Shown here one piece after another: positions 34,939 through 44,806 of a stretch of DNA of 64,000 nucleotides. A program made the position numbers and the translations under genes. Origin of the DNA: Planctomycetota bacterium (GTDB taxonomy: Bacteria > Planctomycetota > B15-G4 > SIAN01); assembly GCA_031409275.1 (NCBI GenBank), contig JANNXA010000055.1:256001-320000 (forward strand). Reading direction: 5' to 3'. Below the pieces are notes generated by a model, which saw only the letters and a program-made list of their open reading frames with translations, searched no databases and was not told the origin of the DNA. The stretch's first letter is position 1. Every line of letters begins with the position of its first letter.

Positions 34939-34948
34939 CTAAGCCTGA

Positions 34949-35108
34949 GAGTCGGCCCGAGTATTTCGAGCCGACTTCGCCCGGCTGCGCCGACCGATCG
35001 CAGTGTCGGAGCTCCTCATCGACCTCCCTGAAGTCGATGTCGTCGCTCCTCCTCGCGCTCGGACGACTCGCTCTGGCTTCGGCCTGGCCCGAATCCTAGG
35101 ACTGACTC
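34949..35108. repeat. Second 160-bp MITE-like structured element
   Basis: Imperfect terminal IR GAGTCGGCCCGAGTATTTCGAGCC / GGCCCGAATCCTAGGACTGACTC; internal hairpin ATCGAC..GTCGAT. Confidence 0.55.
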
Positions 35109-35175
35109 CACGGCGAGCGGACCCTGCCAACGGGCGCGACGCCGTTGCGTCGGCCCACTGGCCGGACGTCGTCGG

Positions 35176-35502
35176 CTACGGCAGCTCCTGCTCGTGCAGG
35201 CGGCGCTCGAAGTGGACGGCGATGCCGAGCGTGCCGGGTGACACCTGCTCCATGCGGATCACTTTCGCCGGCGCGGTGACTTCGCGGCCGTTGGCCGTGT
35301 AGGTGACTTCGAGCTTGAGCTCATCGCTGGTGACGAAGTAGGCGCCGCTGCGCGAGATGTCGCGGCCGCCCCCCATCAGCTGGGTGGCGTCGATTCGCGC
35401 GGTGAAGACCGCATGCGTGACGCGGCGCGTGTTGCCGCGTCGCTCGACGACCGTATTCGCGCCCGTTCGATCGAATTCCTGCTGGCTGCTGCCGCTGGCC
35501 AT
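35176..35502 (-). CDS. Stand-alone PilZ domain protein
   Basis: RxxxR (RRGNTRR) and DxSxxG (DISRSG), GIAVHF; GGAGG RBS. Confidence 0.8.
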   Translation of the reverse strand: MASGSSQQEFDRTGANTVVERRGNTRRVTHAVFTARIDATQLMGGGRDISRSGAYFVTSDELKLEVTYTANGREVTAPAKVIRMEQVSPGTLGIAVHFERRLHEQELP

Positions 35503-35690
35503 CACACGCTCCTCCGTTCGTCCGCTCCGGCAGCCGCGATCGCGTCGCGGTCACTTCCGGCGCCCCTCGGAAGTCCCGCGCCGCGCCATCCGCGGCGAAC
35601 GGAAAGAACTTCCGACTCCCGCTGCATCGGCAGGATCGAGCGGCGACTTGAGCGCGGCGACGCGGGGGACCCTGCGCCGCAAGTTGCCCG

Positions 35691-36965
35691 TCAGCGGATC
35701 TCGGTGCAGAGCCCGCAGGCGGCGAAGAGGTCGTCGAGCGGCGCACCCGCCGCCGTCACCAGTGCCGCCCGCGCGTAGCGGTCGCACTCGGCCGCGGCCG
35801 GGAACGCGGCGATCAGCTCGCCCCGACCCGGGCCGGCCCGCGCAAACTCCTCTTCGTACGCGGCGAGGAAGCGCGCATAGAAGCCACGGCCGCCGCGCCG
35901 CGCCGCCTCCTCGACCAGGGCCGTCGCCCACGCGTAACCCGCCGCGCAGCGATCCGGGTCGTCGGGAGGTTCGGCCAACGGCAGCACGGCGTTGTCGGGC
36001 GGGTCGCCCGGTCGGTGGAAGGCGTCCCCCTCGCGCCGCAACCGAGCGAGCGCGTCCCGCTGGCGCTTCGGCCCTTCGATGCCGGCGACGGTGGCATCGG
36101 CCACGTCCAGCGCCAGCGCGCACGCGAGCCCTTCACTCCACGACCAGGGCAGTCCGAGCACCCGCTCCTCTTCGACCACGTGGAACAGTTCGTGCGCGTA
36201 ACCGCGCCACGGCAAGTGGAGCTCGTCCTCACGCAGGAAGAGCGCATGACCGTGCTGGAAGCCGCCGCTCACGTCGAACGCGGTGGCGGCCGCTGGCAAC
36301 GCGATCAACGCCACCCGCCGCTCGAGACGCGCCGCGAGCAGCGACTCGACCGCTGCCGCCTGCCCCATGAGGAGCTTCAGCGTCCATTCGGGATCGGAGA
36401 GCGACGCGCCCGGCGCGGCGCGCACTTCGAAGCGCCCATCGGCGCTGCGCCACGCGCTTCGTGGTTCGTCGGGGAGCGGCGCGCCTCGCATCAACGCCAA
36501 CAAGTCGAGTTGCGCCGCCGGAGAGGCCGCCCCTTTCTCGAGCACGATCGTGGTCGCGCCGAGCGGCCACTCGCCCAGCGCCACCCACTCCAGACACTCG
36601 CGGTGAGCACGCGGCTCCACGCGGCACTTCGACGACTCCGTCGCGCCCCGCCACGCAACGGTCCAATCGAGCGGCGCCCCCACGACCGAGCAACGCAACG
36701 CCACCCGCTCGCCCGGCGCGGCGTCAGGCAACGCCAGCTCGACACGGCATGCGCCCGCTGGCAGCGCCACCGCCTCGCCACCGCTCGCGACGAATGACTC
36801 GGCCATCTTCGGCAGCTGCGCCGCGTCGATCCACGCGGCCTCGACCTCGATCCGCCGCTCGCGCGCGCCGCGATCCGCGCCTTGGAAGTCCCCTCCGCGA
36901 CATGCCGCGCCGACGAGCAACAGCCCCGCAACGCCCGCCCGAAGCCGCCGCGCGCCGGCGCTCAC
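35691..36965 (-). CDS. Putative lipoprotein with gluzincin-like metallopeptidase domain
   Basis: GTG start overlapping the upstream stop; LLLVGAAC lipobox-like; AHELFH followed by WSWSEGLA. Confidence 0.6.
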   Translation of the reverse strand: MSAGARRLRAGVAGLLLVGAACRGGDFQGADRGARERRIEVEAAWIDAAQLPKMAESFVASGGEAVALPAGACRVELALPDAAPGERVALRCSVVGAPLDWTVAWRGATESSKCRVEPRAHRECLEWVALGEWPLGATTIVLEKGAASPAAQLDLLALMRGAPLPDEPRSAWRSADGRFEVRAAPGASLSDPEWTLKLLMGQAAAVESLLAARLERRVALIALPAAATAFDVSGGFQHGHALFLREDELHLPWRGYAHELFHVVEEERVLGLPWSWSEGLACALALDVADATVAGIEGPKRQRDALARLRREGDAFHRPGDPPDNAVLPLAEPPDDPDRCAAGYAWATALVEEAARRGGRGFYARFLAAYEEEFARAGPGRGELIAAFPAAAECDRYARAALVTAAGAPLDDLFAACGLCTEIR

Positions 36966-37453
36966 CGTTCGCCCCACGTCTTCATCGGGCGATAGAGCTG
37001 GCCGAGCCGTTCGTAGAAGCCACCACAGTGGACCGACGCGCCGAAGGCATCGAAGTCGTGATGGTGCACGAACTCGTGCAGCAGCGTCTCGAGCAGCGAC
37101 TTGAAGGCGACCGGCCGCTCCTGCGCCGCCGTACGCACGAAGACCTCGATCGCGCCATGCATCCGGCATTGGCCATGCAACTCGTAGACGATGCGACCGC
37201 CGCGCCGCCGATGGGGTCGCGGCTCGTCGCGCAGGACCACTTTCTTGCGCGCCAGCACGAACTCGTCGCAGAGCAGATCGACGAGGCGTTGCGAGGCCGT
37301 GGTCAGCGCCTTCACTTCGGAACCGTCGCTGAAGGCGGCATGCGCCCCGACGAACGCGTCGAGCCGCGGCGGCGCCGCCACCAGCAGACGCCGCGTGAGC
37401 GTGGCGTCCAGACGAGCGCGATCGAGGCGGCGGAAGAGTGGGTCAGCAACCAT
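36962..37453 (-). CDS. SprT-like zinc metalloprotease-domain protein
   Basis: LETLLHEFVHH..SVHCGGFYER (HEXXH plus downstream His). Confidence 0.65.
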   Translation of the reverse strand: MVADPLFRRLDRARLDATLTRRLLVAAPPRLDAFVGAHAAFSDGSEVKALTTASQRLVDLLCDEFVLARKKVVLRDEPRPHRRRGGRIVYELHGQCRMHGAIEVFVRTAAQERPVAFKSLLETLLHEFVHHHDFDAFGASVHCGGFYERLGQLYRPMKTWGER

Positions 37454-37565
37454 CGCGACGCGGCACTGTAGCGAGCGGCGCGCACGTCGATCGCGGCACC
37501 GTGATCGGCGGCGCCACCGACGCCTTCCTTCGCACGCAGGACGCCGCGCTGCGGGTGAAGGCTGA

Positions 37566-37742
37566 CCTCACCAGCGCCTGCTGCCCGCGCGGGGCGCCCT
37601 GTTGAGCGACGACGTCCCGAACGATCCGGCGCTCGCGTTCGTCGACATCGACGTCGAGGTGCTCGAAGCCGACCCAGCCGCCAGCACGAAGCTCTCGTTC
37701 ACGGACGGACTCCGATGGCGCCTCGGCGACGACCTGCCATGA
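37566..37742 (+). pseudogene. Orphan coding fragment resembling a secreted-protein C-terminal domain
   Basis: Open frame ..LLPARGALLSDDVPNDPALAFVDIDVEVLEADPAASTKLSFTDGLRWRLGDDLP* with coding-like codons and no good start. Confidence 0.45.
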
Positions 37743-37760
37743 CGACCTGCCATGACGACC
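37728..37760 (+). repeat. 13-bp tandem duplication
   Basis: GACGACCTGCCAT x2 plus GACGACC. Confidence 0.85.
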
Positions 37761-37844
37761 CGTCCGGCGGCGCTATCTTCCGGCGACGCGCTCTTCGATC
37801 GCTCGAGGAGCGAGTCGTCGCGGAGAGTTCCCATCGTCAGGCTC

Positions 37845-39506
37845 GTGAAGCGACTGCTGCTCGCCATCGTCGTTGCCCCCGCGCTCGTCACGTTGCTGCT
37901 GCTCGGCGCGGAAGCGGTCGCGCGGCTTGCTCTCGCCGCCGACTCAGCGGCCGCGCCAGCGCGCTACTTCGTCGCCAGCGCGGATGGCCGCGCCCTCGTC
38001 CCCGGCCCGCGACCCCCTCATGGGGGTGCGCACTTCCGCGTCGAGCGGCTCGAGCGGGAGAAGGCGCCAGGCGTCGTGCGCGTGGTCTGCCTTGGCGATT
38101 CGACCGTGCATGGCCATCCCTTCGATCCGCCGGCGCCCTTCGCCGACTGGCTCGCCGCGCGCCTCCCCGAGCTGCTGCCTGGCCACCGTTTCGAGGTGTG
38201 GAACCTCGGCGTCAACGGCATGAACGCGGAGGCGGTCGCCGATGTGGCCGCCGAGCTTGCGCCGCTTTCGCCCGACCTCGCGATCGTCTACGTCGGCCAC
38301 AACGAGTTCCTCGATCAGCACTTGCCGGCCGCGATGCGACCGTGGAGCCACGCGCTGCACCGCGCGCTCGGCGGCAGCTGGTTCTTCGGTTGGCTCGCGC
38401 AACGGCTCGGCAGCGTGGCGAACCGCGATGACACCGCGATGGGTGGCGACCGGCTGCTCCTCGAGCGGCTGCGCGACCGCGGCGCGCTCGACGACGAGCC
38501 GCTCCTCGAGCCGGCGCTCATCGACCGCGCGCTCGATCGCTACGAAGCGTCGCTGCAGCGCCTCGTCACGACGCTCGCGGCCGCCGGCACGACCTCGCTC
38601 CTTTGCGTGCCGATCTGCGATCTCCCCGACACGCCTCCGCAACGCTCGACGCTGCCGGTGGAAGCCACGGCGGCCGAGCGAACCCAACTGCGTGCAGAGC
38701 TTCGCGATCCAGGCTTCGATCGCGCCGCCCACGCCGCCGCCTGGCAGTCGCGATGGCCGCAAGTCGCCGCCGTCCGCTACGCGCTCGGACAGCTCGCGCA
38801 ACGCAACGGCGATTTCGCGATGGCGCATCGCGAGTTCATCGCGGCGCGCGACCTCGACGGCCATCCGGTGCGCGCGACCACGGAACTGCAGGAGCGCATG
38901 CGTCGAGTCGCGACCCGCGAGCGAGCGCTGCTGATCGATCCGTGGCCGGCGCTCACGAACGCCTCTGGCGCGACCGGACTCGCCGGTCAGAACGGCTGGT
39001 TCGTCGACTACGTGCACCCCGATCTGCGCGGCCACGAGCTGCTTGCCGACGCGCTCCTGCACGGCCTCGCCGACGCGAATTGGCTGGCTCCTCGCGATGA
39101 GTGGCGCTTCGCCGACGAGCCCGATCGCGCCGCCTACGCGCTGCGCATGGGTCTCTCGCCTGCGGCGCAGGCGACATCGCTGGCACGCCGCGGACTCTTC
39201 GCGCTCGGCCAGGCCTACCTCGATCCCGACAGCGAGCTGGCGAAGGGTGCCGCCGATTCCTTCGAGCGCGCGCTGCGCCTCGATCCCGAGTGCGCGCTCG
39301 GATTCGCCGGCCGTGGCGCGCTGGCGCTGCTGCGGGCGGACGGCAAGGCGGCGCTGGCGGCGTTCGACGAGGCGGCGCGACGCGACCCCGCGGCGCTCGA
39401 CTTCTTCGTGCAAGGCGATGCGACCAACGCCACCGTGCACCAGCTCTTCGAGAAGGCGGGGCTCATGATCCGAAGCGGCCAGATCGTGGCGCGCGAACCC
39501 CGTTGA
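37845..39506 (+). CDS. Membrane-anchored SGNH/GDSL hydrolase with TPR repeats
   Basis: Likely GTG start (alternative ATG 37752); CLGDST, NLGVNG, YVGHNE, DYVHP, C-terminal FERALRLDP TPR. Confidence 0.78.
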   Translation: MKRLLLAIVVAPALVTLLLLGAEAVARLALAADSAAAPARYFVASADGRALVPGPRPPHGGAHFRVERLEREKAPGVVRVVCLGDSTVHGHPFDPPAPFADWLAARLPELLPGHRFEVWNLGVNGMNAEAVADVAAELAPLSPDLAIVYVGHNEFLDQHLPAAMRPWSHALHRALGGSWFFGWLAQRLGSVANRDDTAMGGDRLLLERLRDRGALDDEPLLEPALIDRALDRYEASLQRLVTTLAAAGTTSLLCVPICDLPDTPPQRSTLPVEATAAERTQLRAELRDPGFDRAAHAAAWQSRWPQVAAVRYALGQLAQRNGDFAMAHREFIAARDLDGHPVRATTELQERMRRVATRERALLIDPWPALTNASGATGLAGQNGWFVDYVHPDLRGHELLADALLHGLADANWLAPRDEWRFADEPDRAAYALRMGLSPAAQATSLARRGLFALGQAYLDPDSELAKGAADSFERALRLDPECALGFAGRGALALLRADGKAALAAFDEAARRDPAALDFFVQGDATNATVHQLFEKAGLMIRSGQIVAREPR

Positions 39507-39523
39507 GCGGTCGCTCGTCGCGC

Positions 39524-40810
39524 TCAATGCGCGAGCGGGGAGCGCTTCGAACGAGCGAGCAGCAGGCAGAGCAGCGCACCGCCGAGCGCGAGCCCGGCAA
39601 GCGCGATGAACACCGGTGGAAAGCCGTGGCTCTGCCAACCCGCGATGGCCGGGTCGGTCGCCAACGAGCCGATCCCGAAACTGACCACGAACTTCATGCC
39701 GTAGGCGAGTCCGCGCACCTGCGGATCTGCGCGCCGCGCGATCAGCTCGTTCTCGAGCGGCTGCGTCCCGAAATGGAAGAACGCGAACAGCGCTCCCGCC
39801 ACCAGCAGCAGCGGCCCCGACAGGAACGCAACGCCGAGCAGCCCGACGGCGCTGATGACGTTCATCAGCGCATAGCGACGCAACCCGCCGCCGCGCCTGG
39901 CGACGCGCGCGCCGAAGAGCTCGCCGACGCTGCCAAACGCGAGCACGAAGGTCGCGACCGGTCCCGCCAGCCTCGCGAAGCTCGCCGGTCCTCCTTCGCC
40001 GACGCGCCACGCCGCGGGCAGCAGATCTGAAAGGCGCAACAGCAACGGCTGCAGCGAGGCGCCGCTGGCGCTTGGCGGCGCGTCGGGCAGCACGCCGGCC
40101 TGCGCGCGGACGAACGACGACCAGCTCGCCCAGAAACCCTGGTGGACCAGACCGTTGCCGATCATCGCCACCATCACGATCAGCAGCGCCGGCGCGAACG
40201 CCAGGCGCCACGGGATGCGGCTGCTGCGGCGCTCTCGTCGCGTCGCGGCGTACTCGACCTCACCCGCCGTGCGCGTCGTGCACCACAGCAGCGCCAACAG
40301 CAGCGCGGCGGCGAGGCCGACCACGCGATAGGTGTGGCGCCAGCCGACGCTCTGCGCCAGCAGCAGCACCAGCGTCGGCGCCAGCGTCGAACCGAAATGG
40401 CCGATGAACCCGTGGATGCCGATGGCGCGCGCGCGCTGCGTCGGGAGCGCTTCGCCGATCCACGCCAGGCCGACCGGATGGTGGAAGGAGGCCGCGACGC
40501 CGATCAGGGCCGCCGCCGGAACGAAGAGCCACGCCCCCGGCGCGAATGCCGCGGCGCCGCTGGCCAGCGCGAGCAGCGCGAGGTAGCCGCCGTAGATCCG
40601 GCGCGTGCCGAAGCGATCGCCAAGCCACCCCGCTCCCGGCGCGCAGAATCCCATCAGGAACGGGCCGAGCGCCACCACCCAACCGATCGAGGCGATGCCC
40701 AGATCGCGCGCCGCCTCGATCACGACTTGCTGGAGCACCAGCGTCGCGATGTGACAAAGAGCGTGACCGCCCGCAGCGACGGCCAGCACGCTGCGCTCGC
40801 TCCGATCCAC
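39524..40810 (-). CDS. MFS transporter
   Basis: GTG start after GAGGAGG; motif A GWLGDRFGTRR, about 12 hydrophobic segments, FHHPVG. Confidence 0.85.
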   Translation of the reverse strand: MDRSERSVLAVAAGGHALCHIATLVLQQVVIEAARDLGIASIGWVVALGPFLMGFCAPGAGWLGDRFGTRRIYGGYLALLALASGAAAFAPGAWLFVPAAALIGVAASFHHPVGLAWIGEALPTQRARAIGIHGFIGHFGSTLAPTLVLLLAQSVGWRHTYRVVGLAAALLLALLWCTTRTAGEVEYAATRRERRSSRIPWRLAFAPALLIVMVAMIGNGLVHQGFWASWSSFVRAQAGVLPDAPPSASGASLQPLLLRLSDLLPAAWRVGEGGPASFARLAGPVATFVLAFGSVGELFGARVARRGGGLRRYALMNVISAVGLLGVAFLSGPLLLVAGALFAFFHFGTQPLENELIARRADPQVRGLAYGMKFVVSFGIGSLATDPAIAGWQSHGFPPVFIALAGLALGGALLCLLLARSKRSPLAH

Positions 40811-40968
40811 GTCGCGCCGCCCCTCCTCGATCCGCTGCCTGCAGCCGCGGCTTGTTGCGCGGCATGACGCGGGCGAGAGTATGGCACCGCCGAGGGATCC
40901 CGAAACGCGCCGCCAAGGAAACCGCTGTGGGCAGTCGCCCTCCCATTCGCACCTCGCAGCGCACGCCG

Positions 40969-42492
40969 ATGGCCCCTCCCCTGGTGCCACGATGGATGCG
41001 CACGCTGCTGCTCCTCGTCGCGTGCGCCGCGGTGATGGTCCCGACCTTCGGCTGGCTCGCGGCCCGTTCGCGCATCGAGCCGCCAACCGACGATCGACCG
41101 CCTCCCGAGCCGCGCCTCTTCGACATGGTCCCTGCCGACCTGATGACCAAGCGCGAAGGCATGACGATCGCGCCGGGTCCCTACTGCCTGGACGGCGACC
41201 ACGCCTTGCGGGAAGGGGAGGTCGAGCGCGCCGCCGCCGCCTATGCCGCGGCGCTGCGCAGCGATCACCGCGACCGCTACGCCGCCTTGCTGATCGCCTG
41301 CCTCGCGATCGAGCGAGGCGACTGGACCGCGGTCGAAGCGGCGCTGCGCAGCGCTTCGGAACCGACGCCGCCGCTCCACTCCCCTCTGCGTTCGGTACGC
41401 GTCCTCGCCGAACTGGCGAAGGCGCACGTCGACCATCCCGACGAGCCGCTCGCCGAGCTCTACCTGCGAGCCGAGCTCGCCGCCGGACGCGAGGACTTGC
41501 GCGCGGCGCTGCTCGGGCGCGACCCGTTGCGCGAGCTGTACCGCGACCGCCTCTACGGCGCCGAACCGCGCTTCGAAGCGGCGGGCGACAGCGACGTCGC
41601 CTTGGTGATCGGCGCGGCATCGCAACCGGAACTCGAGGCGCGGGCGCGCACGGCGTTCGACGGGCCGCGCCAAGGGATCGACCACGGGCGCGACCACTTC
41701 GCGTTGATCGCGCTGGCGGAACGGGGCCGCGAGGCGGCCACTCCGCTCCTCGACGAGGCGTTGCGGCGCGCCAGCGCCAATGAGCCGCACAACTCCTATT
41801 GGGAGTGGATCCGTGCGGCGCTCCATTCGCCGATGGCGCTGGCGAGCGATCGTCCCGATGGCGCCGCCCATCCGTCGCTGGGCACCGACGACGAGCCCGA
41901 CCTGCTGCCGGGATTCGCACCCGAGTCGCTGACGGCACTCGCCGACGCCACGGCGCGGCGCGAGTGCGACGCCCATGTCGCGGAGCTGCTGCACTTTGAA
42001 GTGGCGACGCGACGTGCCGCCGGCGAGCGCTTCGCGGCGGCGCGACCTCGCTCGCCGCGCGATTCGCTCTACCTCGGTTATCCCAGGCTCGCCAAGCGGC
42101 TCGCGTATCGCGCGCTGGTGGTCGACCGCTCCCTCTCGCTGCCGACCGCGCACACGCTGGTCGCTGCCGCAGTCGCTCTGTCGCTGTTCGATGCCCGACT
42201 CGCGGCCGATCCGCGCCTGGCGCCGGCGGGCGAGGACGGCGACGAGCGCGCCTTGGCCCGCTCGCTCCTCGAAGGCGCGCGCGCGCTGGGTCTCGAAATC
42301 GAACCGCTCGCGCGTCGAATCGCGACATTCGCGCCGATGCGCCCGCTTCCCGCCGCGCATGCCGCCGCCTTCAACGACGTGTTGGTCCCGCTGCCCATCC
42401 CGCGCCTCGTCGATGAGCTCTTCGAGCGCTACGCTGCCGACCTTCCCGCCTTGGCGAACGCGCTGCAACGCGCCTCCACCCGCGGCGGCTGA
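40969..42492 (+). CDS. Hypothetical membrane-anchored helical (TPR-like) protein
   Basis: N-terminal hydrophobic segment, Ala/Leu-rich helices; stop overlaps the pepP start. Confidence 0.55.
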   Translation: MAPPLVPRWMRTLLLLVACAAVMVPTFGWLAARSRIEPPTDDRPPPEPRLFDMVPADLMTKREGMTIAPGPYCLDGDHALREGEVERAAAAYAAALRSDHRDRYAALLIACLAIERGDWTAVEAALRSASEPTPPLHSPLRSVRVLAELAKAHVDHPDEPLAELYLRAELAAGREDLRAALLGRDPLRELYRDRLYGAEPRFEAAGDSDVALVIGAASQPELEARARTAFDGPRQGIDHGRDHFALIALAERGREAATPLLDEALRRASANEPHNSYWEWIRAALHSPMALASDRPDGAAHPSLGTDDEPDLLPGFAPESLTALADATARRECDAHVAELLHFEVATRRAAGERFAAARPRSPRDSLYLGYPRLAKRLAYRALVVDRSLSLPTAHTLVAAAVALSLFDARLAADPRLAPAGEDGDERALARSLLEGARALGLEIEPLARRIATFAPMRPLPAAHAAAFNDVLVPLPIPRLVDELFERYAADLPALANALQRASTRGG

Positions 42493-43829
42493 TGCCCTCC
42501 GCCAGGAGCTCGCCCGTGGAAGTCGCCGCCCCCCTCGAACGTCGTCGCCGACTGCTCGCCGCGATGGAGGGCGGTGTCGCGCTGATCCCGACATCGGCGC
42601 AGAAACACCGCAACGGGGACGCCGAGTACCGCTTCCGGCCCGACAGCGACTTCTGGTACCTGACCGGCTTCGCAGAGCCCGATGCGTTGCTCGTGCTGTG
42701 CAAGGGGCGGCCGGAAGGCGAGCAGATCCTCTTCCTCCAGCCGCGCCAGCGCGATCAGGAGATCTGGACCGGTCGTCGACTCGGCGTCGAACGCGCGGTC
42801 GCGGAGCTTCGCGTCGACGAAGCCCATCCGATCGGCGAGTTGCCGGCACTCCTGCCGAAGCTGCTGCGCGGCCAGGATCCGCTCTACTTCAAGACGGGAG
42901 CGCGGCCCGAACTCGACCGCCAGGTCCTTGAGCTCGTGGCGACGTTGCGCACGCGGGTGCGCGAGGGCAATCCGGCGCCGTCCCGGGTGATCGATCCGAC
43001 GCCGCTGCTGGCGGAGATGCGCCTCAAGAAGGACGCCACCGAGCTCGCCACGATGCGCGAAGCGGCGGCCATCACCGCGGCGGCCCATGTCGTCGCGATG
43101 CGGATGACGCGGCCCGGCGTGACCGAGTACGCCATCGAGGCGGCCGTCGAACACGAGTTCCGACGGCGCGGCGGCGGCGGCCCGGCCTACTCCACCATCG
43201 CCGCCGGCGGGGCCAATGCGACCATCCTGCATTACATCCAGAACGACTGCACGCTCGCGGACGGGAGCCTCTTCCTCCTCGATGCCGGCGCGGAACACTC
43301 GTGCTACGCCGCGGACGTGACGCGGACGTGGCCGGTGAACGGACGCCACTCGCCAGCGCAGCGGCGGGTGGTCGAGATCGTGCTGGAAGCGCAGCGGCGC
43401 GCGATCGACTGCGTCCAACCCGGACGCAGCTTCCAGGAGGCGCACGACGTCGCGGTTCGCGTGCTGGTCGAAGGGCTCGTGGAACTCAAGCTGCTGTCCG
43501 GCAGCGTCGACGAGGCGATCGCCACCAAGACCTTCCGCCGCTTCTACATGCATCGGACCGGCCACTGGCTCGGTCTCGACGTCCACGACGCGGGCGCCTA
43601 CTTCATCGAGCGCACCACGCAGCACCGGCTGCTCGAACCGGGCATGGTGGTCACCGTCGAACCCGGTCTCTACTTCGCCGACGACGACACGACGATCCCT
43701 GCCGAGTTCCGCGGGCTAGGCGTGCGCATCGAGGACGATGTGCTGGTCACTCCCAGTGGCAATGAAGTGCTCACCGCCGCTTGCCCGAAGTCGATCGCGG
43801 AGGTCGAGGCGATCGTCGGCAGCGGCTGA
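42492..43829 (+). CDS. pepP: Xaa-Pro aminopeptidase (M24B)
   Basis: FRPDSDFWYLTGF, ILHY, LDAGAE..YAADVTRT, HRTGHWLGLDVHD, TVEPGLY, VRIEDD. Confidence 0.95.
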   Translation: MPSARSSPVEVAAPLERRRRLLAAMEGGVALIPTSAQKHRNGDAEYRFRPDSDFWYLTGFAEPDALLVLCKGRPEGEQILFLQPRQRDQEIWTGRRLGVERAVAELRVDEAHPIGELPALLPKLLRGQDPLYFKTGARPELDRQVLELVATLRTRVREGNPAPSRVIDPTPLLAEMRLKKDATELATMREAAAITAAAHVVAMRMTRPGVTEYAIEAAVEHEFRRRGGGGPAYSTIAAGGANATILHYIQNDCTLADGSLFLLDAGAEHSCYAADVTRTWPVNGRHSPAQRRVVEIVLEAQRRAIDCVQPGRSFQEAHDVAVRVLVEGLVELKLLSGSVDEAIATKTFRRFYMHRTGHWLGLDVHDAGAYFIERTTQHRLLEPGMVVTVEPGLYFADDDTTIPAEFRGLGVRIEDDVLVTPSGNEVLTAACPKSIAEVEAIVGSG

Positions 43830-43835
43830 CGCCGT

Positions 43836-44762
43836 TCACCGCCACGGCACGGGGACCACCGCCTCCGCGTAGCGCTGCGCGTGGTCCTTGAAGAGCTCGG
43901 GGTGCATGCAAGCGGCCAGCAGCTCCGCCGAGTCGACGAGGCGCGGTCCCGGGCGATTGAAGTAGCTCGATCCATCGGCGAGGTAGACGCGACCGAGCGC
44001 GCCGGCCGGCCAGCGATCGAGCGGCAGCGCGGAACGGATGAGCTCGACTTCGCGCCGCCCCTGCTCGAGCGAGAAGCCGCACGGCTTCACCACCGCCACT
44101 TCGGCGTCGAGCGCTTCGAGTTCGGCACGCGACGGCGACGGCGCGTGCTCGCCGGCGACCACTCCGACCGCCACGCCGCCGGCCGATTCGACGAGTTCCG
44201 GCATCCAGGTGCCGCCCAGCATCACCGGCGCCAGCCACTCCACGGTGACGACGCGCGGGCGCTGCCACGCCGCGCCAGCGCGTCGCTCCAATTGCTCGAG
44301 ACGCCCGCGCAGGAGCGCCGCCAGCCGCGCCGCCTCGCTCGGGAGCGAGAGCGCCGCGCCGACCGCTGCGATGTCGTCGAAGAGATGCGCAAGCCGCGTC
44401 GGCGACAGCGCGACCAGCAACACGTCACGCCCCGCCATCTCGTTCAGCGCCGCGCGCACCTCATCGAGCGCCACGGCACAGACGTCGCAGAGGTCCTGAG
44501 TGATCACGACATCGGGCGCGAGCGCGCGCAGCTTTCCTGCGTCAAGCTCGAACAGCGTCAGGCCACGCGCCGACGTCGCGCGAACCTCCGCGTCGATCGC
44601 CGCGCTCCCGGTCGCGACGACGCGTGAACGGGTGAGGCGCGGCAACCTCGTGACGACGCTCGGGTAGTCGCACTCGTGGCTGATGCCCACCAACTGATCG
44701 GCCGCGCCGAGCGCCGCGACGATCTCGGTCGCCGCCGGAAGGAGAGAGATCACTCGTGCCAT
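43836..44762 (-). CDS. Cobalamin/iron-complex substrate-binding protein (BtuF-like)
   Basis: RVISLLPAATEI..LVGISHECDYP, QDLCDVCA, KPCGF, YFNRPGPRLVDS; no signal peptide. Confidence 0.85.
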   Translation of the reverse strand: MARVISLLPAATEIVAALGAADQLVGISHECDYPSVVTRLPRLTRSRVVATGSAAIDAEVRATSARGLTLFELDAGKLRALAPDVVITQDLCDVCAVALDEVRAALNEMAGRDVLLVALSPTRLAHLFDDIAAVGAALSLPSEAARLAALLRGRLEQLERRAGAAWQRPRVVTVEWLAPVMLGGTWMPELVESAGGVAVGVVAGEHAPSPSRAELEALDAEVAVVKPCGFSLEQGRREVELIRSALPLDRWPAGALGRVYLADGSSYFNRPGPRLVDSAELLAACMHPELFKDHAQRYAEAVVPVPWR

Positions 44763-44806
44763 CGAACTCCTCCCGACGACGACCGCAGATCAACCGTGCC
44801 GCGACG

